Source: Tubiluchus corallicola
Taxonomy: Eukaryota; Animalia; Priapulida
Reading direction: 5' to 3'
Assembly (NCBI GenBank): GCA_030141605.1
Contig: JAQGDQ010000003.1
Span: 2,480,001-2,544,000, forward strand
Length of the DNA stretch: 64,000 nucleotides
In this document: positions 1-14,028 of the stretch, piece by piece
Numbering within the stretch: position 1 is the first letter of the stretch
Layout: every line of letters begins with the position of its first letter
Position numbers and translations under genes: made by a program
The notes under the pieces: model-generated
Database searches by the model: none
Seen by the model: only the letters and a program-made list of their open reading frames with translations
What the model was told of the DNA's origin: nothing

Positions 1-115
1 GTATGTTGTTTAAAAGTACATTATATCAACCGTCTTCTCAGTTCCTTTCAGAGCCTTTCATACACATGTACATTAGTGTCAGCATGCAATAATATATATG
101 ACGTTCAACTGCGTG

Positions 116-142
116 ACACACACACACACACAAGCACACACA
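116..142. repeat. (CA)n microsatellite
   Basis: acacacacacacacacaagcacacaca. Confidence 0.85.
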
Positions 143-164
143 AAATAACTTATTAATTTATAAG

Positions 165-262
165 AAGAATCATCCAGTGAAATGAAGCGACTGCAAAATG
201 AACTATATGCCATCTTCCTCTCTGCGGGGAGGCGATCTTCGGACTTCCTCCAATCAAGTTAG
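165..262 (+). CDS. Possible terminal coding exon of an upstream gene; resembles the C-terminus of an amidated neuropeptide precursor
   Basis: The window opens with a donor-like GTATGT at 1. After a weak acceptor (tttataag, ending 164) the frame reads EESSSEMKRLQNELYAIFLSAGRRSSDFLQSS* (TAG 260-262), with KR and GRR processing signals. AATAAA near 706. Upstream exons are outside the window. Confidence 0.35.
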
Positions 263-2301
263 TCTGGGTGCTTCATGCGGTGAACAATCTTACAGGAGCA
301 ATTTTAGTGGTGAGAAAAACGCTTGCAGCAGTCAGTGAAAAACGCAAAGAAGAAATCACATTGAACAGTTTTAGTAGATTCCAGGCAGTTCTTGAGGATA
401 GAAGATGATTATTAGGAGGGCTTTTTGTTGTGCCCAAATGATAGCCTTTCGTTTGAGAATGATTATTATGAATGACAAAATTGACATCTTAAAATTTACC
501 TCTTATCTTTTTTGGCACGAACTTTTGGCTGCATTGCAATTAGAAGCGTTATGAAACAAAGATATTGTCGATGTTATTCTTGTCATTAGGCTTCTAATTA
601 CCTGCACCTCGTTTAAACCTCTCGAAATGGTGACATGCACTCAAGCATGTCTAAGGTGTTAGGTACAAACTGCAATGAATTAAAATAGCATTAATTTTTA
701 TGAATAATAAAGCAAAAAGAAATATTGCACGTGTAAGAAAAGACTGTGCATATAAGGTTTTTGCAAGCTTATGGTTGTTTTACTTTTGTCAGCAGAATAT
801 TACTTCCTGAGTAAACACATTGTAGAAGAGAGAATAATAATCATTTGTTATTGTTACCACGCTCAGTATTGTCAGTCTGGTCACTCTTGTGTCTTGTGCC
901 TAGTTGTAGTTAGTTTGTTTCCTCCGAGTGTGCAGGTCCACCAGAGGGAAGTCGTATCATTTCGAAAAAAACACTGGCAATAATGTCCCTACTTTTCAAA
1001 TTGCTAAGGTTACTTGCCTGTGTTACATGTGTAGATGGTAGTGTACAGTCACAGATAGTTTTCTATGAAATAGCGTTTCAGGACTGCAAAGGCTGTCATA
1101 ATCGCCATCTCTACTGCAGTCATAGTTTTGTCAACAGCAAACTTTATGAAAGATTTAGCACTTGCGATACGGTTTCCTTTAAACTCTTCTCACCCCCCCC
1201 CCAATGACTTCGCATATACGTCTTAAAATGTGTAAATTTAGCGGTGATTCTGACCTATTGCAGAGCTTATTGATTGGTATAACTGGCTAAGAAAACATCG
1301 TTAATAAATCGTGAATCCATGAATGGTGCATAGAAATTGGAATATGCCTGTCGATTGCAACTTATGAGATTTGTCCCTTCACTGAAGTGTTACCAATAAA
1401 TATGACAACAGGCTGCTAACATTCTGTGTTAAAAAACAAATGTTCTCTTAGTAGTTTAGTGATAAACAGGTATATCTTTGCTGCAGTGTCAAATTATCGA
1501 ATTTTGTCTTCCAAATTAACACCTTGCTTGTCTTCCAAATTAGCCCTCTTAATACCTTGCTTGGATAGTACCTATAATTACCACAAAAAATTTATGCATG
1601 AATGCGTACCACGATTGATTTCAGAGCTTAAATAATAATAGACATGCAGATCGCTCCAAAAATCTTGCTGTAGCTTTGACCCTTGAAAAGCAAATTTCCA
1701 ACTGATGGCTGTAAATATATCTTTTAACAAATGTTTGATTGGATTTGCTAGTCTGTTTGCTTGTTTGTTTGCCATTTGTCAGTTGGTCTACGTGATACAT
1801 ACATGCGGTAGTGTACAATATTTAATAAGAAAATTGTGTAGAAAAAAATCATTTTCTTTTTGTGCTTTTTACATCGGCAAGTACATAGGATACTAAATTT
1901 GAGCAGATTCGCAGGAAAGTGGTGAGTTTGTTTTAACAAACTAGGCCATTCTAAGATGTCATTTTTATGACTCACATTTTTAATTTTCTTTTTGTCTTTG
2001 ACCCTTACATTTTTTCTTTATACGTTATCTGTCCATAATAACAATCTATTAATAACGTGACCTGCCCCGTATGCAGGAGACACAAACCACTCAGTAGAGT
2101 TAAACATGTCATCAACAGATGTGCACGGTGACAATAATGACGTCCTAAAAACCCATTTCATTTCTTTTAAATATGTGGTGATTTCATCCGCCAGCTAGAT
2201 CTGCTGTATTATAATTGGTACTGAAGCTTAGAAGACATGTTTAATATAAAGTACGCCACACAAGTTAAAAATTACGAATGGAATTACTTCTTGGGGGGCG
2301 G

Positions 2302-2482
2302 CAGACATTTTGACCGTGGACATTTGGGTAGTGGACACACTGGGCAGTTTTGGTTAGATAGTAGATACTTAGGCTGTGGACAGTTAAGTAATGGACATTT
2401 GGGCAGTAGGAAACTTAAGCAGTCATTATGGCAGTAAGATATTTGGGCAATGTACATTTGAGAATTGGGAACTTGGGCAGTG
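2302..2482 (+). repeat. Degenerate ~15-bp minisatellite (GGACATTTGGGCAGT-like)
   Basis: Recurrent units ggacatttgggtagt, ggacacactgggcagt, ggacatttgggcagt, gatatttgggcaat, ggaacttgggcagt. Confidence 0.75.
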
Positions 2483-3419
2483 AATACTCAAATTTGAAAT
2501 TGCGTTTTAGATTGCTGCTAAATCACAATTTTTTGGTCATTAGTCGCTCCATATAAGTCATTTGGCAAAAAAGCCTGTAAAAAGACAATGTAATAATGTG
2601 TCCACGTGAGTAGCTGATTAAAATTAAGAGTTTAGAATTAAATTAAATTAGTTTTGAAAAAGTCATAAGGAAATAGCGAAACTTGATTGTTCTTGTGTGG
2701 TTTCGTTCACAAAATTGTCAGGAGTTTTCTTTTCGAAAATATAACTGAAAATGATTAAAAAAGTTCTAGAAATCATGTAGTTGTTTCGAGTACTAACTTA
2801 AACTTCTTACAAGAGCAACAGACAAATTACACGTTCTTTATGAAGACTGCTTTTGGTGCTGTGTTCAAAATCTCTAACAATCTACATGTAGCAAAGACTC
2901 AATCTGTTTTAACGCATATAATGTAGCGAAGCCACAAATCCATCTACAACTTGACTAGACGAGTTTTTGCAGAGGCTAATAAACTGTTCATATATCCTCC
3001 TTAGTGACTGCTACTGGAATAAACCGTCTTTGTGTAACAAGAATACCAGCCTGACAACAGCATACATATTAATATTGACATCACAACAATTGGCGGTAAC
3101 AAGAAATGTCAGCGGAGCTATTCGTTATGTCTAGTCACTTAAAGCGTGGCTTCTTTCTAGCTTGCCAATCGGTTAAGCATATATGCATGCATCAAACAAT
3201 AAAACGGGTTTCATGTTACCAATTGCTAATTTCATGCATTTAAAACTTCCTAAGATAGATAACAAGCCACTGTTATTGCTACCTCATTGGTACTTAGCTT
3301 TATTGGTTTCTAAACGTTGGCATTTTGGCTTGTAGTACAAGACTTGCTGGTAGTTCTCGTATTTTAGATGCGGAACGGATGCTTATAAATCTACCTTTCC
3401 CTGAGCTTATTTGGGCAAA

Positions 3420-3965
3420 AAGCACACGTGTTTTTCGTGAGAATACACACTTCTTCTTTTGAAAGGACGCGTCGTTTTTTTCTTCAAAATATAGTTACAT
3501 AAAACCTCCCGCCTTCCCAAAATACGGCGCATTGATTTATAGCTTGCTGGCAATACTGAGTCAACTAAATCTCCAGAAAATGAACTTGTGCGATTTCCGT
3601 TTCTAACCAGTAATATAGGCAGACACTAACATTTTTCAGAAAAAATAAACTTGTTACCGTTAAACAGATAAAAATTACCATTACCACTCTCAGGGAGATG
3701 CTTATCCAGTCACTTTGCAAGAAAACGAAGCGTGCATTATCAAGTAAAGGACACGTCATTTTTGTCCAGCAAGAAAAGGACACATCGTTTTCGTCCAATC
3801 AAATTGTGAAAAAACTACGTGCATTAGCAAGAAACTTGAAGAAAGTAATGCGTCCTTTGTGTCCAATCAAAATGCGAGAAAACCACGCGTGTATTAGCAA
3901 CAAAAGAATGGATCCTTTTTGTCCAACAAGAAAAGGACGCGTCCAATTTGTCCAATACACGCATG
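3420..3965 (+). repeat. Degenerate repeat region with AAGGACACGTC/TTTGTCCAA motifs, probably a decayed non-autonomous element
   Basis: aaggacgcgtc, aaggacacgtc, aaggacacatc and ttgtccaa recur several times. The overlapping ORFs only reflect the repeat. Confidence 0.5.
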
Positions 3966-5291
3966 CTTTTTTGACTGGTTTGTGGAAAGTTTCTGGCGTC
4001 ATCCCTTGCTGCGATCGCCAGCCCATTAATTAAGTTTTTACGCTATTGTTTAATTATCAGAAATACCTTGGCATTAATGTAGGTATTAAAAAGTATACTT
4101 TTTACCACATTCAAAATAGGGCATCATGTGTATAAAAAATCATCCTGTTCTCCATTAACTACAAAAAAGTTAACAGATACTATCATCGGCAAATTAGCTG
4201 ATATTAGTAGATATTTCTTTTATCATAACCGCTTACCTGGGTACCACGGCTACTGGCCTTGATTAGGGTGGTTTCATTTGTGTAAAAATAGCAATCTTGA
4301 ATATTTAAGTATTATACGTATTTTCAAAGATAGAGTTTTTAACATACAAAGTATTTTCATTTTATACGTCTTGAAAATATTGGCGAGTCTTAAAATATGA
4401 AATAGCCTCAACGTGTCATCTGGTTGATATTACTGAAGACGTGACGTGATAGATAGGCCCATTATCGATAATTTCGCTGCGATAACACTGCGCATTTTGT
4501 CATTAACCAATTTTATCACAGTTTGCGCCCGATACTTCGCTAGATACTACAGCTAAGAGAATATTTTTCAAAAAGGTGTGAATTAATAGGATTTACCAAC
4601 AGAATTTGCTGCTAAAATTCCTATACTCAAGATGCGCTAAGCAAATTTGGAACTTATTGATAGAGGGCTAGAGGTAACAAGGTAAAAAAGTCAGCCCTTT
4701 GCATACAGGCTCACGATGTTTCTTGTACTTATGCTTCAGCCATCTATCTTGCAGCTTAAGGTAGAGTCAACATTAGCTTGATTTTCGTCAGATTATTGTT
4801 TAATATTGTAGTCATGGCCAACAAGCGAGACACATGATCATTCCGTTCCAGCAATCTTCTCAATTTGTGATGTGTAAACATTAATATCGGAAACAAAGCT
4901 CCTTAATTATCTATCCCAGAATCCATCGGGATTCCTATAGCTGACACATCACCCTGCACGCAATGGCCGTCACATGTCAAGGGACGTTCACTTTGCAAAT
5001 GTGACAAATGAAGTCACATGTACACACAACTGAAACCGTCTACTCGAACCATGTCAGTTTAACAGCTATTCAAACTGATGTTTAAAATCCCTGTGCCAGT
5101 CGAGGATAACATTTCGCAGTGAACTGAAGCCTTGGGTAGATTTCAAGCGTCCGAAGAAGTAAAAAGTAATTGCTGTATTTGCTGGATTCTTAGCTTTTTT
5201 GGATACTGGTGTTTCTGAAGTGCAGTGTCTATTTGAAGAAATTGTCATTATCAACACAACAATGCTGAGCCGATTTACTTGTATCAATGAG

Positions 5292-5384
5292 TGCCGTACT
5301 AGGTGAAAGCCGAAAATATTATTCCGTTGTTTTGGATGCCATCCTTATTCTCCTCTTTGAATGCCGTACTAGGTGAAAGCCGAA
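5292..5384 (+). repeat. Pair of identical 23-bp direct repeats, period 70 bp
   Basis: TGCCGTACTAGGTGAAAGCCGAA at 5292-5314 and 5362-5384. Confidence 0.9.
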
Positions 5385-8300
5385 GCTAGGTTTTCTGTGA
5401 AGTCACACCGTTCCCCTGTGAGAGAATCTTTTAGTTGCATAATACGGCAGGACATCTATACTCTACGGGAAAGAATGGCAGTAGTACTTAATGTTACTTT
5501 ATGGCACGAAGCGAACGAAAGATAAGGGGCAGTGCTAAAAATTGAACAACCCCGCACTTGTTGACTAGAAGGTTGCAAAATATAAGATTTAGTGAGATGT
5601 TCCAGCAACTATCACTTTTAATAAAATTATATTTATTAGCTAACAGTTTTTTTAAAGAGAACGTTTTCTCAAATGATCTGAACTGTCTTTGAAACGATAT
5701 TATCGCTGCCTAAGACCTTTCTCTTTGCAGTTGTCGTATAGTTAGATCTCAGGTATCCCACAGGAAAAACCGTCATATATTTTTTATGGATACTCTAAAA
5801 ATACTAAAGTAATAAAAGCTTTTAGCATATACCAAAAAACTTTCAGTAGCAGAAAATATAGTTACTCCTAACATCGTCATCATCATCATCATGCCTAAGT
5901 AACATCACCGTTGGAAGCCAATTTATCCATGTAATATAAATGCCGTTCATCTTGCATCATTTTCGTCTTAGTTTATTTAAAATTTGTTACTCTGAATGAC
6001 CCTGAAAGTTAAACTAAGATGAGATGCGACATCACATTAGAAAACTTTAATAAGGTTTCAAACATACACTTGTTACTAACATATATCTAACTTACACCAT
6101 TTTGATGATGAAAATATTATACCTGAAACGGCAATGGTAGCGACTACGATACTGACCGCAACAACAACGGTTACATATCTTAACTACTGTATTAAAGATT
6201 TGTAAAAAAACATTAAAAATGAGTTAAAAACTCTAACAAAAACATCTCGCGTGACTCCATTGCTATATAGTTGAACGCGACTTATTGCTTGGCAAAATGT
6301 AAAGTTCATAACGTGCCTTGACGCAATGTGAATTCGCCAAGGAAATCATTCTTTAGCTGCTTCGTTTTTCATCCAGTCCTATAGCATGTCGTTCACGTCA
6401 TTTGCATAACAGCAGCTTCATCAAATATATTACTGCATATTACAAAGGAAGCAATATTGCTTGTAACAGCTAAAAGGGTTTTAGGATATCATTGTGAGGG
6501 CCATAAAACCTACCTTGAAAGTGTTTTTTTTTCGTTTTACAAGAAAATTCTTAATGTGATTAATACTTCAGTCTTTCGTGTGCTTTGCTTGCATGGGTAA
6601 CTGTAGTGGCTGCAGAACAAAGAAATAAACAGACAGACAAACGAACGAACGAACGAATAAACAAGTAAGCAAACAGGCAAACAAACGACTAAACTCAAAA
6701 CGATGAAACAAAAACACAATTATTATTTTTTAGACAAGATCTAGGCGAAAGAGAGGACGTTTACGATAAGTAAAGAGCGAATAAAAAATCGGCGAATGAA
6801 AAACAAACTGTTTCGGCACATTTTACACAGAAAACAAAAAAGGGTAAAATGACAAGCTATTTTCTATTTAAAGTGCTTTTAAGTTATTCTGGAAGCAGCA
6901 TCTAATTTCAGTAATCAAGAATAGAATTCCGGTAATTGAATTATGTTAGGCCTATGATGTAAAAGTGCGTGCACAGTGATTGCAGCTACAATGAACGGCA
7001 CATGACTAGGATAACTGATGAGGACGTGACTGAGTCAGAGACAGTAACAATATTTTGTCTGTTTTCCACGTGCGTTTGTCTCCATTTCTTCCTTTCTTTT
7101 TCCATAATTTCTTCATTCTTTTCTTTTTACTTTCTTTCTCTTTACTCTTTTCTCTTTTATTTCTTGTTCTCTCTTTCTATCTTTTCTTAGTTTCGTTCAC
7201 TTCATTTCTTCTATTCAGTCTAGTGGATTTTGTGGTGAACAGTTTGTTTAAAGTGAAGTTATTTTGTAAACTGTCCGTAAATATCGCACCCCATGGAAAA
7301 GAAGCGGCCATATTAGCTTTTTTAGGGCTGTGAAAACGCCGTTTTCCTTAGCTCACGTAGTACTGTTGCACGTGGCTCACTATATTCAAAGCTATTTCCT
7401 AATTTTTTAATTTAGTTACAGTATAAATTAGTAATAGTGTCCGTTGCGACGTTGTAAGAGAACAACTTTCTTTAGAAGAAAACATTTAGCTACTCGACGA
7501 CACCGTAGTTATTTCTTTTAAATATTTATTAGACGCGCTGCGTTTTGAAATGCCAGAATTTTTCTTAGTTTTTTTGTGCTTGGGAGCGCAAAGATTAAAA
7601 ATTTTCTCCAGCTTTTGCTATATGAAATTTCTTACTCAAATTCCTTGTTATAGCATTCACAGTGTTTTAGTCATTCATCTCATTGGCGAAATAGTGATAT
7701 TAGAAGGCAAACCAGTTAGAAGATGAACCATCAACTCACTTTTAGTTTTCGTATCGTGAAATAACTGAACGAGAATGACGCATTAAATAGCAGATCTCAC
7801 GCGCAGTCGTGTATGCGTGCGCACACGTATGGGAGCGCTACTGAGAAGATTTAAACTAAGTGCCTCTTATATGGACTATAATTGCGTTCATTCTCCAGCA
7901 TAGTTGGAGGAAGAAAGTCATTTCAGTCCCCCATAATGCTAACAGTTTCTTTCACATGGGTGACGCGTGACTTGAATACATAGGCACGAACAAACCTGCG
8001 TCATCGGGGTTACCATCTTGATGCCTAGAAACCTAAGATGACGCTGAAACAGTACGTAGCTAAAACACAGCTGACTTACAAGATGGGTTTCGTCATTCAG
8101 TTGCAATGGGATTTTGACGGCGAAATGACCTTTCAGGAACAAAGAAGGTGGAAGGTGTAAAGCGACGACGTCCCACATGCTCGTGGAAAGACTAAAAATA
8201 AAATGTTAGCTGTTTCTTTGGAAAAAATGAGTAAATAGACAAGTTGGGGTAGTAAATTAAAATACAGCAGGCTTACAGTGTTATTAGAAAAAAGCTAGAA

Positions 8301-9032
8301 TAAAAAACAAGAAAGACAGAAAATAGTACCACAGCAGTTGTAGAGAAAGTTGGTTTCATGTGATGGCCGCTACTTGCTATGAAGGGCTATGGGCTTCTTG
8401 CGGCCACAATTTGACGTCGTAACCGTTAAGTCCATAACTTACGACCACAATCCGACCACTGGTCGTCAAGACCATACCAGTCTCATAATATCTGAAATGT
8501 TAATAAAATGAACAAACAACTAAAAATTAAGCAATATTCAAAAGACATGGCTGCGAGTCGAATTCATGCAATTACTTTTCTGGCAAGCTGATAATAATTT
8601 TTTATTCTGTCAACTGACGCAGCCACAAATGCTTTACAATTGAAAATTTTAATCAAAAGTTGACATGTCCAAATTGAAGAAGGGATCAACTAGAAGGCTA
8701 GATCAATAAGAACGTGACAACAGTTTTTAATAACGTCTAATCGTGACAGCAATCCTTTTCATCAGTTGCTCAGTTTCAGTTTTTACACAGCATTATAACA
8801 ATAGAACGCGAACAATACACAGAGAAATGCGCTTCATATAAACGCTACAAAATTATTTCACAGTTTTAATCCACATGCCGTCTCTTCAATTGCTGTTGAG
8901 AATAGTGTAAAAGCAGCTATTTGCTCAGTTATAACTCTTTTTAATGTTCATTTATTTGTTCTTCTGTTCGTTTGTTTATTAATTCATTTATTGGTCTATC
9001 TATTTATTATTCGTCAGTTCATCATCCCTTCA

Positions 9033-9140
9033 GTCCTTCCTTCCTTCCTTCCTTCCTTCCTTCCTTCCTTCATTCATTCATTCATTCATTCATTCATTCA
9101 TTCATTCATTCATTCATTCATTCATTCATTCATTCATTCA
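9033..9140. repeat. Compound (TTCC)n-(TTCA)n microsatellite
   Basis: Directly visible tetranucleotide arrays. Confidence 0.95.
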
Positions 9141-12100
9141 ATACATGTTGAGCTAATAGTTGCCACTTGTATTAATACAATGACGCAGTTAGTGCAAGAG
9201 TTTTTTCAAAGCAATTAAAGCAAAGAAATATTGACATTGCAATTTATTTTAAAATAATTATAGCGCGCTGTAACACTAATAATACTACAGAATTAATGAA
9301 ATTTCTTATAATTAATAAAACGTGAGCATGTAACTGTTACCCCGTCGATTGTGAGGTCGTGTTCTGCGCACTGATTGACGTGAAATGTGAACAGTGAAAT
9401 ACGACGCAGAAATATTGGGAGGATGAAACTCGCATAAAACCATAATAAATGAGCGCTATGAATTTTGTTAATTTTACCGTAAAATGCATGCAGGAAGACA
9501 CGCACGTTTATTTATGGACAAGTGAAAGAGTTATCCGTTTGACATTAATCATCCAAAATGCGCGCGATTATCTCAAGTCACACATCATCAAATAGTAACA
9601 GTATACCGAGGTGAATTTGAACAGATTTTGAAACAGAAGTATTGTAATCGAACACCCTTATCTTGATCGTTGGTCTGCACGCTTTGCTCTGGTTAGCAAG
9701 TAAACCTAACTGAAATGAAACTAAGAACTATAATTGTTGCAGACATGATGCAAGTTTCCGTTTTTTTTCTTTTGTTTTATTCAAGTGGCTCCAAACAATG
9801 CCAGTCGCCCGTCGGGCTAAGGAACTACATATAGTAGAAAGGTAGAAATATTACTGCAAATTAGTAACAAGAAGTACCTATAAACGTTCTTCTTAAAACG
9901 AGCGAGCTTACTGTTAAAAGGGAAACCCAATTTTCTGATACAGTTCCACAGCTAAGAGGCCCGAGGGAAAAAGTGCATTAATAAGCCGCTCTATCTAAGG
10001 GCCCAATATAAAAATATGAGAAGCAACAGCAAAACGGGTACTACGACTAAGCTGCCGACATTTAGAAAAAACGTGGGGTTGTGACAGCATCTTCCACAAA
10101 AACAGAGATGCGAAAGACTAATGTAGTACCAGACCACCAATGAGCGAGGAATTGCACCCCAGCTAAATCCAACCAGAAAACTGCTTGAGACAGGTATAAA
10201 TAAATTTATTTAAAAAGCTGTGGTCATTCGTCATTGTAGACAAGAAAATGCAGCTAATGCTTGACTGGTTTTACCTGCAGGCACGATATTCTATTTAACT
10301 GACGAAAAGACGAGTTGGAGTGTTTCACAGTAAATATGAGAAAAGCACTGTATTTCCATTAACGTGGATCTAAAAATTATTTAATTTCTACTAACAAGAC
10401 TTACTGCACAAACGTGGGTTATATATCCTAGAGTATTTTCTGTCTTGCGTTCTTGTGTTCTCTATTGTGCTATATTATAATTGGCGGACTACAAGTTTTT
10501 GTGCTTTCCATACTTTTAATATAAGTAATGAAACTGTAATAAATCATAACTAATATAAAATTACGTAAATCGTAAAACTGAATATTTGAAAAGTTCATTA
10601 AGATGTCACCGAAAATATCCATCATAGTCATGATAACAGATCAGCAGCTATTTCTAGATACGGTGACCCAGTCATTTTTTCTCAAGTCAGAATAGAAATT
10701 TCTTATTTGTAAAAAGAAGCCCAGTACAATCGCGCTCTGCGGTAATACCAACCTGAACTTTCAATGAACAATTTTCAGGCAAGTCCAACTGCTTGATGAC
10801 AAACAGTTTTGCCTTTATATGTGCATCCGAGCTGGTAATTTACATGTAAATTGAGGTATCAGTAATTTGGCCTCCCGGGTCGAGAGATCAGAATGAAGAT
10901 ATAAACTACATTCAACAATCAATATATTTTCCAATTCTTTTCCCCCTTTCTCTCTTTCCCTCCCCTTTCTGTCTCATTTTCTTCTCTATCTGTGTTCCCG
11001 CCGCTCTCCTGTTTTTTCTGTCCTTCTTCCTATATAGACTAAATTCAAAACATTCTTTTCTTCTGCTTATTTATTTCAGACAGTCCTTTTCCGGGTTAAA
11101 ATACTTCCAAAAAGTTTAAAAAATTTAAGAAAAGCAAAGGCATCTGCCTGTTTTTGATACGGAAACCCCAAAGAGCCTGAAGCATACTTGCGTCATCAAA
11201 CTAAATCAGCTATTCATCTGCCCTAGTTACTCTAACTCAATTGCAGATTTCGATTCCATTATGGACTTATACTTAATGAGAGGAACGGTGATTCATAAGG
11301 TATATCAGGGCTTGACTACTGCTGCCCTGTCTGGGTGTACCATTTCAAGAGTTGAAATTTGAATCTTTTGTATGTTCAAGATAATTACTGAACTGCACCG
11401 TATAGTAACGACATTTAAATAGATGAATGAAGACAGTTTGGTTACTACAGTGTTTTCAGTTAAAAAATGTATTAGCTTTAACAATTTAAAATTTTTTTCA
11501 TTCGTCCTTTTCTCTGCTTTTGTTACACAACAAATAAATGGCTTCACGCATTGTTTAGTATTAGCTTAATACGCCAGCTCTTTAAAGCGTCTTTAACATG
11601 TAGATCAACTGATGATTTCAACCGGCAAATAGATGTGCAACCCAATCTTTGCAGTTGTAATAGATGCCAGCAATAATTAACGGTGTAGATAAAATGACCA
11701 TGCGTCAAATTAATGGGCGGCTTTTGGGCGGGTCAATTAATCACCATAGCTTAAGTACAGCAAAGGCTTCCCTTAAGAACGGTTACTTTTCGCGATGAGA
11801 AATATTTAACGGGTAATGCAATTACAAAAGACAGTACTCGGCCATAATGTCACTGTATAGTGGTGCTCCGGACTATGTTTCTTTATTCTTATTCTTATGC
11901 TTTGGACATCCTAAAACTTATGGTTTCTAACAGTTTCTTTCATCAAACATTAGCAGCCCACTTCCGTTCTTCTTTTAACCTTTTTCTGCCTAACAGAAAA
12001 CACTAACAGTAGGCCTATCTACTTACCTCCACTCCTAAAAGTAAACTTTTTTAAAGTAATTGCATTCTTAATCACAAAGCAAAAATCTACGTGCTATTTC

Positions 12101-14028
12101 TAGTCACGATACTTCTGACTGAAGCACAGAATTACGCTAAAAATTGCGGCTTCACACATTCAATTAAAACGACAAGGCATGGTAATTTAACAGCAAACTG
12201 AGAAGGTAATGAATCGCTTGATTACTTAGACAGGTACAGCGCCCAATTTCACATCTAATTGCCTTTTCGTGTCATTCCAAAATCAAATTAAAATCTGCAC
12301 AGTATTAATTTCGAATTAATTTACTGCATTCTTTACTGGCACTTTAATAGCGATTTCACTTCATTTTTATAATAATAAAAAATCAAATGAGTACTTTATC
12401 TACTAAATGAGTACTTTATGTATGAGCCACAGTCGTGGTGTCTTTAGAAGTTTTAGTTTGGGAAATACAATCCCTACCCAAATTTAGTTATCACACCCTT
12501 AGATAACTTGCGCATGACTATAAGGACAGAGCCCGTTAAAAGCATACTTAAAATCAACAATTAATTTTTGCTGTTGTGCAAAAACTCCCAGGAATCGTCG
12601 GGAAACATAGATTTAAGTCTAGTCGATAAACTGCAGTGAAAATCATTACAGCGCAGGGTAACTGTTTGAGTCACCCTCTCCTACTCATGTCGCGATTAAT
12701 CGAGAAATTTGCTGCTACAGTGCTTTTATTTCAGTGAGAAAATCGTCTAACTCGAGCTGAACATGTGTCACCGCCTGTGGTCTATATACATTGTGAACTA
12801 CAATGTGTTTTTCACTTATTTTACTGTTCCATGTCTTCGTCGTTATTTTTCTCTATTCTCGAAAAAAAATTGTGAAATTTTGTCAAATAAATTAGATGCT
12901 TTATGCCAATTTTCGACCTCAAAAAAATAAATTTAACAGTTACTAAAACTTCCACCATTTAAAATACGAACATGCCTTTCGAAAGCAAATTTCATAAACA
13001 AGAGGCTTAAGAGTGAGACAGGCAGTCAGTCATTCATTTTGCAGTTGGCTTAACTGTGTGTAATTCGCCTCAACAATCATCGATCAGATACCAACTTGAA
13101 ATTCTTCGAAAGTCGCTTTTAATTGCCCGTAAAAGCTATCAATTCCCGGGGCGCACCGCTGCTTGGCTTCAACCAGCATGTACACAGCTGCAAACAAAAT
13201 AACTGGGGGCTTGTTAATAGCTAATGATCATGGTAATCTTGTAATCTTGTAACGAGTTTTTCCAGACCTGGCATGAAACAACACCAATGTCATTATTGGA
13301 CATGTTGCTCATAAGATGGCTGCTAGTATGTCTGAAACTTATTGTAGTCTGGAATCTGTTGCGAAGATCTTAAGTATAAAACCTAAGAAGTTACCATAGG
13401 AACAAAATGTTATCATATAAGCGCTAATCTATATTGTTAACACACAATAAGCTCTGGTCTAGACTAAAAGTGCAAAAGTGCCGTGTTGTTCAAACTAACT
13501 TACTAAGAGCATTCTGCTTAGACAAAACTAATAGTGAATATCATAGCGATAATTTCTTTGGTATGAACTATTTTTCTACAAATTAGTTTTTCAGTGCCTT
13601 ATATTTACAAATTTAACCTGATCAATAATCTGCTGTGTGAACTCAAATAATGGATTTGTTTTCACATCGAGATGAAGCCATAGTATGATTTCGCAACTTT
13701 GTGTGTATTAGTAAACAGATTTCATGCAAAAAAATCTGGGCTCACAGTCTCAACTTCACACATAACAGCACTTACGAAACCATCCTGGTACTTAGTTTTA
13801 TCACAGAGCTGCGTGAAGTAATTTATCATTACATCACAGCTTTACGTCACTTGCTTACACAAAGCCATAGTATGTTAACATCGCTTACAGCTGTAAATCA
13901 TAAAACCCAATGTGATTGCTACATAGTTGCAAGTATGAGGTCAAATTATGGCTTCAGAAACTTAAATAATATAGTATCATGCATTAATTGCAGATGTGAA
14001 GCCATGGTGAGCAATAGCTTAGCTGATA

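Noticed and set aside
5292-5384. Repeat-spacer-repeat resembling a minimal CRISPR array
   Set aside because: Only two repeats, no cas genes, and a eukaryotic intron-containing context.
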